A DNA stretch of 64,000 nucleotides from Felis catus. Taxonomy: Eukaryota. Position 1 is the stretch's first letter. Every line of letters starts with the position of its first letter. Where the stretch lies: contig NC_058373.1 of assembly GCF_018350175.1 (NCBI RefSeq), positions 109,494,001 through 109,558,000 of the forward strand. The letters run 5' to 3'. The notes beneath the pieces are model-generated. The model had not been told where the DNA came from. It ran no database searches and saw only the letters and a list, made by a program, of their open reading frames with translations. This document shows, one piece after another, positions 38,257 through 51,700 of the stretch. A program made the position numbers and the translations under genes.

Positions 38257-38289
<33 letters not shown>
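38257..38289 (+). repeat. A33 tract in the RHOJ 3' UTR
   Basis: Seen directly. Confidence 0.92.
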
Positions 38290-38291
<2 letters not shown>

Positions 38292-39923
38292 AACTTGGTT
38301 CCTATATTAGTGGCCTTACCCAGTGTCTTCTACAAAACACGGGAATACCATACTAACCCTCCCTCCTGAATCTGTTGTTCCCCCTATGTGTCTTGCATTT
38401 ATTTGTATTGTTCTAAGAAGTTTACTAATATACCAATTTACTCAGGCCTTACAAATCCATACCAAGTTAGCCTAAAGACAATGTACTTTATATGCATTTC
38501 CATATTCAGCCTGTTTCTACCAAAGCTATTAGAACCAATATGTACCTCTGAATGCCTGCCTGACTGTAAGAAGAAAACAAGAAAATGTTTAAACTTTTGG
38601 AAATTTACAAAGCCAAGATTTTTGAACCCGGTTGAATTGTTGTGGGTCCACATTTTTGCCAAAGATTCACCCTGGAAATGCTTTCGCTGATGGGTAGCGT
38701 TATTTTTTTTTTTTCCATATTTATATTGTGGCAAGCTACAAATGAACTGTGTTTAAGAAAGTAGTTTCTCCGCTTTTCAATCAAACTGACCGGGGGGGAA
38801 TATACGGACCTTTTAAAAATCTTTGAAAATATTCTTTATTCAGCAAAGTGAACTTTCCTGCTCCCTCCCTTCCCCATGGCAGACCTGTTCCCTCCCTTGA
38901 ATTCACACTTACTCCCATGCCCAATGATAACTTGATCTAAAAGAAAGACCTGGCCACAGGGCACGAAAAAGCAAATGTTTAAAAGTCTCCAAAGGTTAAG
39001 CAAAGTGCCTCAATTTTTTCACTTGCATCAACCCGCAGTGCTTCTCAGCTTACCCCATGCACGCTCCCAGTTCTATTTAAACGACATTTTCCAAGTACAG
39101 CTGGTACAAAAATATTGCCTCTCCCTATTTCCTACACTCATTATCCCAAATGTATATTTAGGGGATGGATCTGTGTATACTCAGCTCTGGATCTGTTTAT
39201 CCCCTGCTTCCAAAATGATGTGCTCTGTAGAACAGGAATTTCGGTCTTGGGAAGTAAAAGCCCCCAGAAAGTAATTATGTGCCCTTTCTATATGCTTCTT
39301 CCAAACATCCTGGGGTTCTTGTTTCACAGAGTGAGTTTTTTCCTAGCTTTTAATTAGAGACTATAAAGTCTCCTAATTAGTCTTATTTGCTTACAATTAC
39401 CCTGGAAACACCCAGGTAGGCACTTTACTGTTTATTTCAATTGCATAAGCCAAGTGCCTCTTTGCAACATCAAATGACACCAATTTCAGCAGAAGAATCT
39501 CTGCATTCACACTCCTTCTGTTGGAAAAATCCAGTCTTTCTAGTCCCTTCTGCTCTTGGAGGAAGCACATAAAAAAGAAGCATATGATGTAGGTCTTTTC
39601 CGTTAGGACTTTCCATGACACCCCCTCAGTTGTTTAGGTTTTGCTTGTTTGTTTGTTTAGAATTTCTGAAATGTGTTTCCCTTCTTCCACATTGCAAGTT
39701 CTATTTCTCTTCCCTCCCATCTAGTTGCTAAACGTTTTCTTAAACACACACACACACACACACACCCCAAACTGAAAGAAAACGGGAGTTTTGTAAGTCA
39801 AAGCTTGACAGAGAAGACAAAGACTTTCTGCCTCTGTAAATGAAAACCAACCGTGCATAAACTATAACCCTGCAGAGGTTATGGATTCATTCTTTACAAA
39901 CAACAATGAGCATTTAGTCCTGT

Positions 39924-39929
39924 AATAAA
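39924..39929 (+). terminator. Candidate RHOJ polyadenylation signal AATAAA
   Basis: AATAAA followed by U/GU-rich sequence (cttttgttg); an alternative signal lies at 40240. Confidence 0.5.
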
Positions 39930-41329
39930 TGAAGTGCTGTTAGCCACTTTTGTTGCATGATTGCATAGTTACATCTTGCTAAGGGGCCACTCCTCACTTC
40001 TCAATGATGTGGATGAAAAATCCAATGCTGTATATTTGCTCCACCAAGGAGGATTTTCCAGATGTGTGCATTCAACAGGCAAATGGTTGCCCAAGCCATC
40101 ATCTCCCTACTGGAACACAGAGATTAACTTGTCCACAGTGGGAAGATCATTCTCTCCTCTAGAACGAGAACCCGGAGAGAGACCGTTAGTGTCTGGGTGG
40201 AGAGGCTCCAGCCCTTAGGTGCTTAGGAGCTAATTATTAAATAAAATAACAAAGAACAAAGCAACCTAAATGAGTTAATGTCATTCCACCAAATTAACCA
40301 TGTATTCCCTGTTTCAAGGCAAAAGGTAGTTCACTGAAAAGTGTTTCGTGCCTTAAGATTAAACAAAACTATATCCTGACGCCAAAGATAAGAAGACATC
40401 TGAAAAAAGGGTCTGAAGAAGGATCCTTTAATGGTCTACACAATCTTCCAAAGTCAAGAAGGGGCAGCCGATCTCCATTGGAGGGTAAAGTCTTAGCTTT
40501 TCAGACTAAACGAGACCCCAGAAAATATAGTCCAACCCCCTCATTGTACAGATGAGGAAACTCAAGTCCAGATGGGTCAAAAGAGGTGTGTTATGGCAGA
40601 GCTGGAACAGACCTCAGCTATTCTGCTTCCCAGGTGAGTATGCTTACCTCACACTACAGGTGATTCATAATCACAGATGTTAAGTTGTAGTTTTGCAGGT
40701 GTATTACCAGAGTTGCATCTGTTTACTCTATAGACGTTAGCCACATGTCAAATGCATAACTTAGGCCCTATAAATTAGATAATCTGTCACACTAGTAATA
40801 ACCTAGGGACAAGAGTTTGATCTACAGTATGCTTGGAATCCACAGTATACAATATACTGTATCCCAACTTAACTGCACAGTATACAACAATGTAATCTCA
40901 ATCTAATGGCTTCACCAAGTAGCTAGTTTGGTAGATATTTTTTTCAATCAGATGGTTGGTTACTTGGTAGAATTAATGGACTCCTTGGGCTATTTTGGAA
41001 ACACACAGGATACACACAAGTCAAAGGCATGTCACGGTAAGTAATCTGGGCTGATTTCTGCCAAGAAAAGTTATACTCAAAGAAGAATTACTGAATGCAA
41101 TAACTACAGCAACCCTAAACCAGGAAACTCTAAACTGGGAAATCCAAAAAATAACTCATATACATATGACAGGAAGGAAATTTTGGTCCTGAGACTCCAA
41201 TAACAATATGTCTGATCATGATGTGCAAAGAGCCACTTGGAAGATCTCTAGTCTGTAAGAGAAATGCCAGGTAAAGTGGATATAACCATACACAATTGCC
41301 ATAGAACCATCAATAAGGAAATAATATTT

Positions 41330-41552
41330 ATTTTTTTTAATTTTTTTTTAATGTTTTTATTTATTTTTGAGACAGAGAGAGACAGAGCATGAACAGGGGA
41401 GGATCAGAGAGAAGGAGACACAGAATCGGAAGCAGGCTCCAGGCTCCGAGCTGTCAGCCCAGAGCCCGACGCGGGGCTCGAACTCACAGACCGCAAGATC
41501 ATGACCTGAGCCGAAGTTGGCCGCTTAACTGACTGAGCCACCCAGGCGCCCC
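41330..41552 (-). mobile_element. Can-SINE (SINEC_Fc)
   Basis: TSD aaggaaataatattta. Confidence 0.93.
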
Positions 41553-41762
41553 AAGGAAATAATATTTAAATGGTAGTAAAGAAGTAATCACAACCATGCT
41601 CACAATTTTAGGAGAAATTAAAGAAAGTTAAACCCAAAACTTGAGGCCAACAAAAATGTTATTATTTAGAGTATAGATTCTTGTGAGCAATAACCTCGCA
41701 AAGTAGAGAGTCTTCAGAAAAACAATATCGGACTTGAGGTAAACCTTTAAAGATGCAGTATT

Positions 41763-41858
41763 GGGGCACCTGGGTGGCTCAGTCAGTTCTCTCTCTTCCC
41801 TCTCTCTCTCTCTCTGAAGAGTTCTCTCACCTCCCCTCCTCAAAATAAATTAGCATTA
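41763..41858 (+). mobile_element. Internally deleted Can-SINE
   Basis: A-box joined directly to the CT tract; TSD taaagatgcagtatt. Confidence 0.85.
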
Positions 41859-42940
41859 TAAAGATGCAGTATTGCATTCACAAAGGCAAACTCATCCTGG
41901 AGACCAAAGTGATGGAAAATTAGAAATTGAGGTTTTGCTTTAAAGGAATGTTTAAATGGACACCATGCTGGAGATGATTACCTAGCCATTTATGTCTTCA
42001 GCCCCTATGATCAGATGCCAGAATGCAAAATGTGCATTCTCTCTCAAAGGTGAAGGCCACAGGTCACCAGATATTCTCTTAAGAGTCATTGAATAGGCTG
42101 CCCAAGTACACATAAGGAAACTCAACAAAATATTTTCATTTCCACAACTGTTAGAAACAGAAAAGGAAAAAGAAGATGGGGAAACCGAGTTTCTTACAAA
42201 GGAAGTTAGGTCCTTTTAAAAAGGAAACATTTAGAGAATGGAGAGAAAACTAAAAGTAAACACAAGGCAAAGACACACAACCTGACGATTCTCCCAGAGA
42301 GTGGAAAAGTTCTGCCCGGGGCCTCCAGAGGCCTAGGGAAGAAGGGAGGCCTGTTCGTGTGAAGAGCATTCCAGAGTCAGCCAACAGGGTTAATCATATG
42401 ATAATTCTAGATAATTCCACCTCACCATTCATGAAAAATGATGAAATTCTGGCCAATGCTCTTTGGGTCCTCAGTAGGAATGCGGGCAGTTCATCACGGT
42501 TGCCTATCCACAAGCAGACAGTCAAGGGAAACTTACCGAGGAATACGAGTGAAGAAATTATCTTGAAAGTTTCTGAAGCACTAACATGACGTAAAACCTG
42601 AAAAGGGTGACTTAATGATATCTGGAAAGACAGTTACTGGTAGGAATGCCATTTATTCATCTTCAGTGGAATATCTCCGAATGGAACAATGGCATTTGAC
42701 ATGCAAAACGACAATAACGGAACACAAACACATGAGATAAGCAACAATTCATGGTGCCTCCGTGGTCAACAAAGCCGAGAAATGAGATGAAGTGCTGAGC
42801 TCTAGACAGAGGCACTTCAGGCATCAGAGGCTGGGTGGTGTTCACTGCAGATCCATGTGGGTTAGGGGAGGAATTGGTCAAGGAGGGTTTGGCTCATCTG
42901 TGAATTCGAGGATGTAAGTTCAGCAACAGTTCTTGGCTTT

Positions 42941-43145
42941 GTTTTCTTAAATGTTTAGTTATTTTTGAGAGAGAGAGAGAGAAATAGCACAAGCGAGGGA
43001 GGGGCAGAGAGAGGAGGACAGAGGATCCGAAGGGCTTCCATTCTGACGGCAAAGAGCCTGATGCGGGGGCTCGAACGCACAAACCTCAAGATCATGACCT
43101 GAGCCGAAGTCAGATGCTTAGCCAACTAAGCCACCCAGGTACCCC
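42941..43145 (-). mobile_element. Can-SINE
   Basis: TSD gttcttggcttt. Confidence 0.9.
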
Positions 43146-44241
43146 TCGTTCTTGGCTTTTAACTTCCATGACAGGAGATTAAAATAAAAGCTACATGATT
43201 AACTTTGGTCACAATCTATTTTTTTTTTCTCCCCAGGGAATATTATGTCAAAATCTGGAGTTGTTTTGTGCATTTGTGCTTTAAACATGTTCTACCCCGG
43301 TAATTTCGTTGTGTCCTTGAGCTTCATGCTGCTATAGGCAGAGTGATTTTGTTGTATTTTCAGCCATGTTCTCCAAGCCTCTCGGTATATGCAGTTATCT
43401 TCGGTGAACACGGTCTGATCAGTGTTTTAGGGGACAGGAGGTCTGGGGCAATATGAGGAGATGGTCCCCAAGGCCCACAACTGAGTCTCACCCACAAGCC
43501 ACATTAGCTCCCTGAGCTTCCCAATAACCCTGCACACACTAGTCTTCTTCAGACTTTATGTTAATTCTTTGCAGGAGAAAACAGTAATACTTTCATGGCA
43601 CGATGGTATGTTTGGGGCAGCTTTACAAACACACACCTAAAATTACCGCCACCTGCCATGTTTTGAATCAAGTTTTTGAAAGCAATCGGATTTTGTTCTC
43701 CTAGAGGAGCCATGGGCAAGAAGGTTAATGAATTCTGCATTCTTCTCATTGCCTGGCTTAAATTGTTTTTTGCTCTGAGTAAACAGTAATTACTGGCTCA
43801 GTCCATCTCAGCAGAATTTTATCCCAACTGAAAAGAGTCCATGTGCCTCCCCATGTGATCGCTACAGGGGAAATGATAGACAAGGGAAATAACTTTGGCT
43901 TTCTTACAACCTGCTTCTTATAGAATGGCTGTTCTATGTACGCTTTTGTAATTAATGGAATATTACTTCATGTACTCTTTAACCTTGCACTTTGTTTTAT
44001 GCCATGTTCTGACTTTTATGTCATTAAATAGTCTTTTTTTCCCTTACTCTCATTTCTGAGTGATCTGAGGGTGTCTTCATCGGCCACTTGAGAAAGGCCT
44101 CGGTTAGAATGAACTTGTCTAGCCCTTTGCTACTGAAAGGTGTGTCCCAGGATCCAACCGGCAGCATTCCTGTGGAGCTAGTTAGTTAGCACTACAGAAA
44201 CTTGGGCCCACTCCAGATCTGATGAATCCGAATCTGCATTT

Positions 44242-44434
44242 TTTTTCACGTTTTATTTATTTTTGAGAGAAAGAGCACAAGCAGGGGAGGGGCAGAGAGA
44301 GGGGGACAGACGATCCGAAGCAGGCTCTGCTCTGACAGTAGCGAGCCCCATGTGGGGCTCGAACTCACGAACTGTGAGATCATGACCTGAGCCAAAGTCG
44401 ACCGCTCAACCAACTGAACCACGCGGGTGCCCCC
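44242..44434 (-). mobile_element. Can-SINE inside a MER5-type element (44120-44497)
   Basis: TSD aatctgcatttt. Confidence 0.9.
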
Positions 44435-45018
44435 AAATCTGCATTTTAATAAGACCCACGGGCAATCTGTGTGCACGTTAAAATTTGAGAGGTACTGATC
44501 TATGAGATGACCAAGTTTACCCTCTGTTTTTACATCCATGCATGTAGCTGCCTGATGAAGAAACCATCAGCTTTGCTTGTCTCTGTGATACTACCCTTTG
44601 GCTATTCCTTAAGCTAATATTTGAGTTGTTCATGTTTATTGGATGAATAAAAAAGGCTTTCCCGAAGTCCTTTCTTTTTCTCGTCATGTGCTGCCCAGCT
44701 GCACTAAAGGAATAAGCATATTTTGAAATTCAAAGCAGAAATTCAGAGCATCTGGTTTGAAATATCTGAAGTGCTTCTGTTCTTAAAGGGGTTTTTTTTT
44801 GGTGTTTATAAGAGAGAGAAAAAAATGCCCTCCAAAACTGTTTTCCAGGAAGAAATGAGAAAAACTCATATCACAGGAAGTTATAAAAATGAAGCTAAAA
44901 CAAATTTCTGAAGCATAAACTCTTGGTGAAGCTTCTGTCTGCATTGCTTAAGATGGGAGCATGGTAGATACCACAATAAGGATGGACGACAGACGTGTCC
45001 TCTAAACAGGGCATTCCA

Positions 45019-45247
45019 GGGGTGCCCGGGTGGCGCAGTTGGTTGAGCGTCCGACTTCAGCCAGGTCACGATCTCACGGTCCGTGAGTTCGAGCCCCGCG
45101 TCAGGCTCTGGGCTGATGGCTCGGAGCCTGGAGCCTGTTTCCGATTCTGTGTCTCCCTCTCTCTCTGCCCCTCCCCCGTTCATGTTCTGTCTCTCTCTGT
45201 CCCAAAAATAAATAAAAACGTTGAAAAAAAATTAAAAAAAAATAAAA
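45019..45247 (+). mobile_element. Can-SINE (SINEC_Fc), young
   Basis: TSD taaacagggcattcca. Confidence 0.95.
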
Positions 45248-45316
45248 TAAACAGGGCATTCCACAGATTTATATCCTCAGTCCTAAGCACAGACAGACTT
45301 GTATTCATTTATTCAA

Positions 45317-45516
45317 CGTTTATTTATTTTTGGGACAGAGAGAGACAGAGCATGAACGGGGGAGGGGCAGAGAGAGAGGGAGACACAGAATCAGAAACAG
45401 GCTCCAGGCTCTGAGCCATCAGCCCAGAGCCTGACGCGGGGCTCGAATTCACGGACCGCGAGATCGTGACCTGGCTGAAGTCGGACGCTCAACCGACTGC
45501 GCCACCCAGGCGCCCC
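45317..45516 (-). mobile_element. Can-SINE (SINEC_Fc), young, lacking a poly(A) tail
   Basis: Perfect 17-bp TSD tgtattcatttattcaa at 45300-45316 / 45517-45533. Confidence 0.95.
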
Positions 45517-45626
45517 TGTATTCATTTATTCAATGTATTTTTACTGAACGTCACCGTGGGCCATTCTTCCCCCCCCCCCCCCACACACCCCCTGTGTATA
45601 AGAGCTCTTTAAAAATTGTACACACA

Positions 45627-45826
45627 GGGGGCACCTGGGTGGCTCAGTCGGTTAAGCATCCCACTGGATTTTGGTTCAGGTCATGATCTCGTGGTTCGTG
45701 AGTTGGAGCCGGGCACAAGATTGCGTGCTCCAGCACGGAGGCTGCTTGGGATTCTCTCTCTGCCCTCTCTCTCTGCCCCTCCCCCACTCACACATGCGCT
45801 CTCTCTCACAAAGTAAAAAACATTTT
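45627..45826 (+). mobile_element. Older Can-SINE
   Basis: Full body. Confidence 0.88.
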
Positions 45827-46159
45827 AAAAAATTGCGTGTACATGCACACACACACACACACACTGAAATGTATCATATTCAAATCCCATTGTTGCTGAA
45901 GAAGTCCTGAAGGCAAATTATACCTGCAAATGGCTTATTAATTTTCTGACTAGGGCATCAGCGACTCCATCCCAGAATAAGGACTTGATGCCATTGTGCA
46001 AACAGAGTCACTCAGGGACCGCCACCTCTGCAAAGGACCACCTCCTGCTTCCACTGTTGACAGAGTTCTGACTTTGGTGCTCAAAATCAGGGGTCCCTCT
46101 TCACGCTCTAGGCTGCAGGAACCCATTTGTGTCCCAAGATACTTTTAAACTGAAAACGC

Positions 46160-46378
46160 TTTTTTTTAGGTCGATTTATTTATTTTAGAGAGAGTGAGAG
46201 AGAGAGAGCGTGTGCACAAGTGGGGGAGGGACAGAGAGAGAGAGAGAGACGGAGACAGAATCCGAAGCAGGCTCCAAGCTGTCAGCACAGCCCGACACGG
46301 AACTTGAACCCACAAACCACGAGATCACGACCTGAGCCAAAGTTGGACACTTAACTGACTGAGCCACCCAGGCGCCCC
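46160..46378 (-). mobile_element. Can-SINE
   Basis: Reverse body; TSD-like aa(c)actgaaaa. Confidence 0.88.
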
Positions 46379-47276
46379 AACACTGAAAATATATTTTAAC
46401 TAGGACAGCTTTTACACGTGGGAGTAGTTTGGCTACCAAAGTGGTTAGCATTCTTGGAGGCGTCCAGTCAAATCCCAAAACAGAATACTACCAAAGATTG
46501 TTTTCATTATTGTAAATGTATTCCTGATTTCTTGCTCATAACCACTGGTATAAGCTGCCAAAAAGTGCTCTTACACCAGGGACCGCCACAGCCCTGCACA
46601 CCCACCCTTCACTTCCTTCACCAGGCCACAAAGTAAAGCTTATTTTCTCTTCTTCATAAAAAACTAATAGAGGAAGAAAACTGGCATCCACAACCAATCT
46701 CTCGTCAAGAATCCATTTACTCATCATTTTTGAATGTTTGATTTCCAGTCCCTTCACGGCAAAGCTAATGGAAAATACCAGTCTGAGATATCTGAAAGCC
46801 TCCCCCTGTTGGAATAAAAAACATTTCTACTAAATTAAGCACACTGAAATGATCAAGTGCCGAAGAAGAGAGTCCCCTGCTCAGAGGCCGCCTGCTTCTA
46901 CTCCTCCGCTTGTCTGCGGTTTATGCCGTAGAGATTGGCATGAGCAGATCGATGGCACGTTAGTTCCTTTGGGCTCTGTCCTGAAGTTGGCTCAGGTTTT
47001 GTTAATGCTGAAATTTGCAGCCCATTTCAACTGGACTTTATTCTCATTAACTGATGTTTATGTTTCAATAGGGAAATGTTTCAGCACTAGCTTCCCGAGC
47101 TTGCTCAAGCAGGAGCTAAAAGCTGAACAAAATCTTCCTCTTCGAAGCATTTCCAACGTATTTGTAAATGCTGATGTCTTAATTCCACTCAGTAAAATTG
47201 GCTCCCCGCCTCACCAGTGTTTTAATTTTAATACGCAAATTTCAAGAGGGAGACAGAAGATGGAGGTTCAAAACAT

Positions 47277-47405
47277 GGGCACCTGGGTGACTCAGTCGGT
47301 TGAGCGTCCAACTTTGGCTCAGCTCATGATCTCATGGTTTGTGAGTTCGAGTCCCTCATGGGGCTCTGTGCTGACAGCTCAGAGCCTGGAGCCTGCTTCG
47401 GATTC

Positions 47406-47445
<40 letters not shown>

Positions 47446-47515
47446 TGTCCCTCCCCTGCTTGTGCTCTGTCTCGCTCTCAAAAATAAATAACCATAAAAA
47501 TTTTTTTTAAAAAAA
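47277..47515 (+). mobile_element. Can-SINE with internal (TG)n expansion
   Basis: TSD agaa(g/c)atggaggttcaaaaca. Confidence 0.92.
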
Positions 47516-49874
47516 GAACATGGAGGTTCAAAACAGCCTGGAAGCTTGGATCATCTTCCTTAGACGGTGTACCTCACTATAGTGTAGAGCCTTGGGAATC
47601 TCTGCATGAGCAACACAGCGAGGCCAAGAACGCGTGATCAGCTCATACATTTCCTGTAGAAAGAACCTGCAAAGTCACAGGATTAAATTTCTATTTTAAG
47701 TGCATAGCTCTGCATGTATGCTTCCTCAAGATAATGGCAATTAATAATTCATCATAACCTTTTTTGTGTATGTATATTTTAAGTTTATTTTAAGTGAATA
47801 AATGCTCTTTTAAGTAACTTCATGTTGCATATTATTTATGACTCAGGGATAGCTATATTTATTTCTTGCTGGTAATCATATCTTCCACATCGCCAAAAGA
47901 ATATTACCATTCTCATCTTGCTGCTAAAGCAAAATTTCTTCTCTTTTGGGGAATGTTTGTTTGTTTGTTTGTTTGTTGGGGAATGATTGTATTTGGGGTT
48001 TGAATGACTTTCCAGAGCCCCAATGGTCCACAATCAAGGTTGAAGCATATAACTGATCCTGTATATTGGGAAGCCTTTAAAAAAAAAAAAACACCTCAAT
48101 TATTCAGTATGCTAAAGAAATTGTACAGTTGGGGGAACTTAGAGTCAATTATAAAGCCAAAGAGCTTAGGAAATGTTTACTTTACTTCTGATAATGAGGA
48201 CCAGGAACGGAGGAGACAGAGGAGAGAATAATCCCTCTAAATTCCTTAACACTAGAGACAAGTCTCTGCCATTCACTATCAGTTACAGTGCTTTGCACCT
48301 GCTCCTTCTTTTCTCATCCTTTCTCTGTTTCTTTTTCGGGCTATTAGACATCACCTCTTCAGAGGTCTTCAGCGTCCTTTCAGATACTCTGGGATCACAA
48401 CAACAAGGCACTAAGCCTTCTGGATCTCCCTGTACACAATTCCAAACAATCCCATTCATTAAAACAAAGGGAACTCATTGTAAAAGAAACGCCAGAAGGT
48501 TCATCCAGCAAATAACGACCAAAATTCTTCTACTCCAGTAAACGTTCACTAGTAGAAATTTTGCACAGAAAATAAAATTTGCAGAATTTGCAAAAGAATC
48601 GTTTCAAAGTTGCTTCTTAATAACTTGCTTTCATGTTTTGAAGAAAACTAAAAGGATAAGGCGCACATTATTTTATAGGAAGCATCTCCTGCATGAAGAA
48701 TACAAGTAGTCAACTTTGTGAAATAACAATTATTAATTAATGCCGCATTGTTTTCAATTAGATATACACTTCATTCATTATCTCAGAAATGCTTTTTATT
48801 ACACTTAAAGCCTAAATAGCTTGAAGTGTTCATTGGGTCACTGCAGCAAAAGTTGGTACTCTCCGGGTGGCCCTTTCACTTCCCAATCAATGAAAGAAGA
48901 GAAGCATGACCTACTGGTTCAATCAATGGAGCTAATAAACCCAGAAGTAGAATGAGCTGTGAGAATTTATAGTTTTCATTCAAAGCGTTCCCAGAGAACA
49001 AAAAATTTCAGGAAATCCCCCTTCTCCTCACCTTTTGTTATTGCAAAATAAACATATTTCCAAGAGTAAGGTGTTTCTGAGCATTTATCTAGAGCTCGCC
49101 TAAAGGCCCTGAACCATCATCACTCTGCACCCAGTGCTCCCAGTGCCTGTGAAATCAGTTGAGAGCACATAGCCTTCACTTCCACAGCAGTGTCTTTGAA
49201 TTTCCCTTCGAGGCTCCAGTCCTTTTCTCCCTCAGCTCTCCTGTTGTAAGCTTTGATTTGGGCTACCGCAAAGCATGATCTTCCTAAAGGTTATACAGGA
49301 AATTAGAAAAAAATTGCCTTCTCCATAAAACAACCCAAGCTTGCACTGAGCCACCTCCAGGAGGGGCTGCCAACACGCTAACCAATGGCAAGAGATAGTC
49401 TGACATCAATGACTTCAAAGACTTCCCCAAGCAGTAACGACTAGGAAGGAGCACTCCAAAAAGGCATCATGCTCTAGTGTTAAGAGTGTGCAGTGAAACC
49501 TGCACATGCTGCCTATCAGCGGTCGGATCCTGGGCAAGTCACTTGACTTCTCTGAGCTTCGCTTTCATCACGTGTAAGGTGGTAATGGTAACATGGCCAT
49601 TCCAGTGACTAGGAGCATAGGCGACGCAAGAATTCCGAAGAATTAACGGAAAGGATCCTGCTCAGAGTGAAAAAAATCCATAAATGGTAATAATATTTAT
49701 ATCTTTATTTCCCAAACAGTGCCTTGCACAAAATTAGGGGTAATGAGTATTTGTGGGAAAAAAAAATATTTGTGGAAGTGAGGGATGGGGAAGAGAGAAG
49801 GGGAGGGAAAGGAAGAGGGAAGAAAGAGCTTTGAAAAAGGTTCAAGGTTAGCATTGAGAGAGGTATTTCACTCT

Positions 49875-50092
49875 TTTTCTTTTATTTTTTTAATTTTTTT
49901 TTAATGTTTATTCATTTTTTGAGAAAGAGGCACAGAGTGTGAGTGGGGAGGGGCAGAGAGAGAGGGAGACGCAGAATCTGAAGCAGGCTCCAGGCTCTGG
50001 GCTGTCGGCACAGAGCCCGATGGGGGGCTCGAACTCCTGAACCGTGAGATCGTGACCTGAGCTGAAGTCGGACGCTCAACCGACTGAGCCAC
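49875..50092 (-). mobile_element. Can-SINE, slightly 5'-truncated
   Basis: TSD cactctttttcttta. Confidence 0.92.
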
Positions 50093-50129
50093 TCTTTTTC
50101 TTTAATAGCTTTTTTGGTCCTAATATATA

Positions 50130-51700
50130 TTTGTTGTAGAAGGTCTTTTAATACCAAGGACCAGGAACATCGTGGAATTCTACCCAGCACCACATGGCCT
50201 GCGGATGAGTCTTCTGATTGCTGTTGTGCTTGTGCTGCCTGTTACAGCAATTACGTCTACCTTGCCGCTTCCAGCTACAAGTCATTGCTGGGTCTCTGCT
50301 ATTCCAGACCCACTCATCTCTGCCAAGACCAGAAAGCCTGGTTCCATGGCGACTTCTCCCGCCTTCCACCCCAGTCTGCAAAGGACAACCACCATGGAGC
50401 TTCACAGGTGCATTCCTTAGCACTTTAGCGAAGGGAGTCCATTGAACCTCCAGATGAACATAGCCACTGGTGAGTTCTTGGGTCTTATGTAATAAATCCA
50501 TTCTAGCAGGCCCACTTCCTTGAGCCTTTTATCCTCAAATATCCGTCCAGGACAGTTCTGGCATCTTCTATCCATTAATATAAGCCCCATTTCCCCCAAA
50601 CTTTAAAGAGCCATCCCAATAGCACATTGGGACCAGATCCACGTGCCCTGGTAAAGATGTTAAATCCTGATTCATGGGTCGACGTCCCCATTAAAAAGCT
50701 CTTGTCCGGTCTTATATTCTGCCACCCTCCCCCTCATCCATTGAGATAAGAGAGTTTGACGCCCTCCAGGTCCATCCTCACTGTGTTCTACCCCATCTCT
50801 GTTTACGTTCATCAGGTCCTCAGGAAGCTTCAATGGAAGATCTTGTTCTCCCATCATACAGAGAGTCCTTCCCCAGTGGAGTCATCCTTAGACTTGACCT
50901 TAATTATCCATGAGAGGTCATGGGCAGTATTTGAGGAAGGCAGGTATTATCATGTAAAGCATCTTCTGTGGATGGAGACTCAGCCTGGTCTCAGCAAGGG
51001 GAGGCTGATCTCTCACAAGGAGGAGTGGGCCCCTTCTGTAAGGGAACCTCAAGCTCATCCACTAATTGTCCCCATTCCAGGTCTTCCTGTCCCACTCCTT
51101 CCCTAGGAGGACCTTGACTTAAGGATAGAAGACGGCTGGGGATCCAGACTTTTCTTTTTTATTTTCTTTATTTATTCATTTTTAGAGATCGAGCAAGGAA
51201 GCAGAGGGGAAGGGCAGAGGGAGAGACAGAGAGAGAATCTCCACCCTCAGCACAGAGCCTCACGTGGGGCTCCATTCCACGCCCCTGGAATCATGACTGA
51301 GCTGAAATCAAGAGTCAGATGCTCAACCAACTAAGCCGCCCACATGCCCCAAGCCTTTTTAATAATTCAGCTGCTCTCCGGCTTCGGTCTGAGGCCTGCT
51401 GCTCAGCACAGTCTGTCCTTCAGCTCCAGCAGAAGAGCGTGGCTTCAAATGTGGCTTTTACACCATCCCCTGAGTGCTTCGATTGTACTTAACAACTAAC
51501 TAATCCCACAGTCCTGACAATTACCATTGTTCCCACATCTCTCCAATGTTAAAGATATTGATTAGCCAGTACATACCTTTCCATATGTATCCCGTCCCAA
51601 TTCATCACAAGGAGTCTTAGTAACTGTGATGCAACAGATGCCTTATGACTCTCAAGCCAACAATACTGCCTGTGGCATCTTGGCTAAGCACCCCAGAAGA
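50130..51700 (-). mobile_element. Degenerate ERVL-class internal (gag) remnant
   Basis: Minus-strand peptides KRLKEVGLLEWIYYIRP and TPFAKVLRNAPV resemble ERVL gag motifs; many stops; interrupted by a SINE at ~51150-51350. Confidence 0.7.
51150..51350 (-). mobile_element. Older Can-SINE within the ERVL remnant
   Basis: Reverse body. Confidence 0.85.

Larger units (their letters stand above)
37907..40270 (+). other. RHOJ: Probable RHOJ 3' UTR
   Basis: SINE-free AT-rich stretch after the stop, with AATAAA at 39924-39929 and 40240-40245; the 3' end is uncertain. Confidence 0.6.

Noticed and set aside
37821..38369. 182-aa ORF overlapping RHOJ exon 5 and 3' UTR
   Set aside because: Alternative frame in GC-rich sequence; poly-Lys arises from the A33 tract; no recognisable homology.
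46849..47487. Longest ORF in the track (212 aa)
   Set aside because: Runs into a SINE and a (TG)n tract; no domain or splice support.
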